Source of the DNA: Carpediemonas membranifera BICM
Lineage: Eukaryota; Protista; Fornicata
DNA: 55,954 nucleotides
Direction of reading: 5' to 3'
Assembly (NCBI GenBank): GCA_019828565.1
Contig: JAHDYR010000056.1
Span: 1 to 55,954 of the forward strand
Made by a program: the position numbers and the translations under genes. Shown here piece after piece: positions 52,447 to 55,954 of this stretch (positions are counted from its first letter, which is position 1; every line of letters begins with the position of its first letter). Below the pieces are notes generated by a model that saw nothing but the letters and a program-made list of their open reading frames with translations, was not told the origin of the DNA and did no database searches.

Positions 52447-53885
52447 GCTACAGCGACTCGTCTCGACGCGTGGTGGTTCGTCTGACTCACCCAGATCGGC
52501 CCCCCGCCGCAAGCCAACACGCGATCGCCTCCTGCCTAGCTGCGCAGCACGCAGACACTGCCCGGTGTCTGCTGTGGGGACAGCCAGAGGGCCTCGTCTC
52601 TGCCTGCAAAACGGCTGGTCGAGCGAGAGTCGCGAAGTGGGGTCGACACCCAAACCGCGAGCTGGATGCAGCCAGACGGCGCGCTCCTGGAATCAGCAGG
52701 GCGCATTACACCCTGCGTATTCCGGTAGCGCGCGGTCCTGCCGCGCCCAGATTGGGTCGACCTCAGATGTCGACACCAGACTCACGCGCCCAATCGCGGG
52801 ACGGTCAGCCATGTTTACTTAGCTCTGTGCAATGAACCCGCGCTGCTGCTGGCTCGGCGCAAGCAGCTCAGACTGGCAGCGCGCAGAGTCGACACCAGTC
52901 ACACTTCTGCTCGCGCGCCTCCCGGGCATCTGTCGCCAGTCGCGTGTGTCGTGCAATACACCTCATTATTGCGTCATATTGTACAAGTGAACTGGCTATA
53001 GCGACTCGTCTCGACGCGTGGTGGTTCGTCTGACTCACCCAGATCGGCCCCGCCGCAAGCCAACACGCGATCGCCTCCTGCCTAGCTGCGCAGCCCACAG
53101 ACACTGCCCGGTGTCTGCTGTGGGGACAGCCAGAGGGCCTCGTCTCTGCCTGCAAACGGCTGGTCGAGCGAGAGTCGCGAAGTGGGGTCGACACCCAAAC
53201 CGCGAGCTGGATGCAGCCAGACGACGCGCTCCTGGAATCAGCAGGGCGCATTACACCCTGCGTATTCCGGTAGCGCGCGGTCCTGCCGCGCCCAGATGGG
53301 GTCGACCTCAGATGTCGACACCAGACTCACGCGTCCAATCGCGGGACGGTCAGCCATGTTTACTTAGCTCTGTGCAATGAACCCGCGCTGCTGCTGGCTC
53401 GGCGCAAGCAGCTCAGACTGGCAGCGCGCAGAGTCGACACCAGTCACACTTCTGTTCGCGCGCCTCCCGGGCATCTGTCGCCAGTCGCGTGTGTCGTGCA
53501 ATACACCTCATTATTGCGTCATATTGTACAAGTGAACTGGCTATAGCGACTCGTCTCGACGCGTGGTGGTTCGTCTGACTCACCCAGATCGGCCCCCCGC
53601 CGCAAGCCAACACGCGATCGCCTCCTGCCTAGCTGCGCAGCACGCAGACACTGCCCGGTGTCTGCTGTGGGGACAGCCAGAGGGCCTCGTCTCTGCCTGC
53701 AAAACGGCTGGTCGAGCGAGAGTCGCGAAGTGGGGTCGACACCCAAACCGCGAGCTGGATGCAGCCAGACGGCGCGCTCCTGGAATCAGCAGGGCGCATT
53801 ACACCCTGCGTATTCCGGTAGCGCGCGGTCCTGCCGCGCCCAGATTGGGTCGACCTCAGATGTCGACACCAGACTCACGCGCCCA
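52447..53885. repeat. GC-rich tandem repeat, ~546-bp unit, ~2.6 copies
   Basis: AGCGACTCGTCTCGACGCGTGG recurs at 52452, 53000 and 53545; copies are nearly identical and differ mainly in homopolymer lengths. Confidence 0.95.
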
Positions 53886-55025
53886 GTCCGCCATCGAATT
53901 CAGCTAAGTCGAAAGACTATGTTCGGGGATGGATAAAAGGCCAACGGCCTGTCCCAGTAAACTGGTACAGCGCCCCCATCAGCTCAGAAGGAGCGGCCTC
54001 AGCTTCCTGTCCGCCAAACTCAAAGGTGCATTCATGGATCTCCGCCGGGCGCGAGTGGGAGCTCCACGCCCAACACAGAGACACTATAAGAGGATAATGA
54101 ACAGAGATTTAACAGAGAAAGCAGGGAAACCCACAGAGAACACCGAGAAGCCGCGACCACTTTTGGTTTTTGGCATGTTCACGGTGAAGGAGGAGTGATC
54201 AAGCAGAGGCACAGAGACCAAAGATAGCCCTCATGTAGGCACTACCTGGAGTGAAGTCAGTCCTAAAATCCCGAGACCACCCAGCGAGAAAATCAGCGTG
54301 CATTTTTGGACAGTGCGCCATTTCGCCGTAACGCAGTTTACGGCCGAACCAGAGAAAAGAAGAAAACTGAGACCCCTACACAGTTGCAGGAGCCGCACAA
54401 GGCCACGCTGACCGATTTTCAGGACGATACATTAGCCAACTTTTTTTCATGCAGGCAACGAAGAATCGCAGCAAAAGTATCAGAGAATTACAGAGAAACA
54501 AACAGTGACCGCAGATAACGAACATATTTATAGTAAGCAACCATATGACCAACATAGACCATCCGGGAAGCTTTCAGAGACAGTGCATCGACGAACATCC
54601 TGAGACCAAATGCAGATATGCCTCAAAGGTATGCAGAGACCAAAGCAAACAGCAACATACAAATACTAACAGCACCTCCAGCAGATTCAGCAGCGTGCAT
54701 GGACCACAGCGGCCACACTAGACCGACAGTTTTGCCTTTCAGAGGCTGAGACCAGACAACAACAGCACATCAAGAGCAGAGACCGAGCAGAGATCAGAGA
54801 ATACCAGGGGCAGGTGAGGGTGGCCGGGCAGTCCACGGATGAGAAGGCCCCCCCCTGCCGCCGCCGAGACACCCCAGTCAGTAGGCGGTACCTGGGGCAG
54901 TGGCATGACAGTAGCGACGAACGTGGAATGGCCATCGAGCAGGTTGCTCTCTCAAGTCTCGCAGTAAACGCAAGACTGGAACAGGAGGGAGTAAAGTAAC
55001 GTATTGCAGAGTTTCAGAGACAGTC

Positions 55026-55240
55026 TTTATTTTTCTTTTAACAAGCCCTGGCTCCCACCCAGGGCCTGGCATTAGCCTACGGGCACTGCCAGTGGGCTGT
55101 GGCGGCAGCCAAAGGGGGGGTCACTCCTAAGTATCCATGCCTGAGGGCGAATCGGTCACCAAGAAGCACGGAGGCTGGCCCGCCAAGGGTTACCAAGACC
55201 GGCATCGAGGCCCCTTGACGGGACAGTGACACAGTGAACA
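55026..55240 (+). other. Conserved structured segment upstream of non-LTR ORF2, copy B
   Basis: Homologous to the reverse complement of 36336..36563. Confidence 0.7.
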
Positions 55241-55298
55241 CTTAGCCCCTGCAGAAATTCTCAGAATTCGCAGGATAAGGATCAGAGCAGAGTACAAC

Positions 55299-55954
55299 AT
55301 GGAAACGTTCAAGATCTTAAGCCTGAACTCAGGGGCACATAGGACGAGGAAAGGACTTCACGGCATCAATAGCAACAGCAATACAAACCAAATTCAGAGA
55401 CATTGAAGCAGTCTGCATGCAAGAGACATGGAGAACAACAAACACAAGAGTCCACAACTTCATAGACTTCCAGTACGCTTTTGCAGGCAGAGAAACAGAG
55501 GAAACACTAGCAACAACGAACGAAAAGCGGAAAAGAGAGACCAGGAGCCAGCATCGCGTGAACAGACAACTGGGAGTCATAGGCGACGACCCCCAACACC
55601 TAAGTGGCAGGGAACCAGAGAAGGCATCGGCACAATCGTCAGCCCACACGCCAGAGCAACATGGGACGTCAGCATCACTGACAGCCTATCGGGAAGAGAG
55701 CAGGCAAGCATTATGAGGACAAGCAGAGACATCATGGAAATCACAGTGTTCGCATCCACCTCAGATAAAGGGAAGGTAAGGGAAGAGATCCAGAGAAGGT
55801 GCCCCCTATGCTCAAGAGAGACTGAGATCGACCTACTGTGGACGATCCTCTTGGAGAAACCAGACCAGATCAGAGAACAGAGACTCATCAGAGACTGGGC
55901 AGAGGAACAGAGGATAGGGTCAGCATCGCACATAATATGCGAATGCCCCATGGT
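55299..55954 (+). mobile_element. Internally deleted non-LTR retrotransposon ORF2 remnant (APE endonuclease N terminus plus C-terminal CCHC finger)
   Basis: METFKILSLNSG and DIEAVCMQETW (APE motifs), then RCPLC...SASHIICECP; frameshifted and lacking RT. Confidence 0.7.

Noticed and set aside
52389-53936. ORFs within the tandem repeat
   Set aside because: Frames differ between near-identical units because of indels; these are GC-rich chance ORFs.
53929-55000. Assignment as ORF1 or RT thumb of the downstream non-LTR element
   Set aside because: It is purine-rich and probably retroelement-derived, but too degraded for a supportable domain call.

Overview
This is gene-dense eukaryotic (protist-like) DNA with few, tiny introns; the gene set and architecture suggest a fornicate/metamonad, which is inference. 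It has four parts. (1) 920..20085 is a 19,166-bp DNA transposon with 75-bp TIRs (73/75 identical, CA...TG ends) and a 3-bp TSD (CTT). It encodes a divergent CMC/Transib-type DDE transposase plus cargo: SET methyltransferase, chromodomain protein, PHD/FYVE-finger protein, OTU-like protease, protein kinase, HEPN RNase-like protein, an RCC1-like gene and orphans. It sits in codon 4 of a Maelstrom-like DEDD nuclease gene, and its left TIR supplies a new in-frame ATG. (2) 20.3-33.6 kb holds ordinary host genes (CCDC162-like, CGR1/CCDC86, hypotheticals). (3) 34.5-45.8 kb is a TE nest: a truncated Fanzor/TnpB gene with a duplicated 30-bp end motif, non-LTR remnants fused to host gene fragments, and two young chromovirus-type Ty3/Gypsy elements with 90- and 61-bp LTRs and palindromes where a tRNA primer-binding site is expected. 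(4) RPS2, a CK1-family kinase, GPN2, NAP1 and a CDK are followed by a ~546-bp tandem repeat and a non-LTR remnant preceded by a conserved structured RNA-like segment. All protein calls come from motif recognition by eye; no database searches were run.
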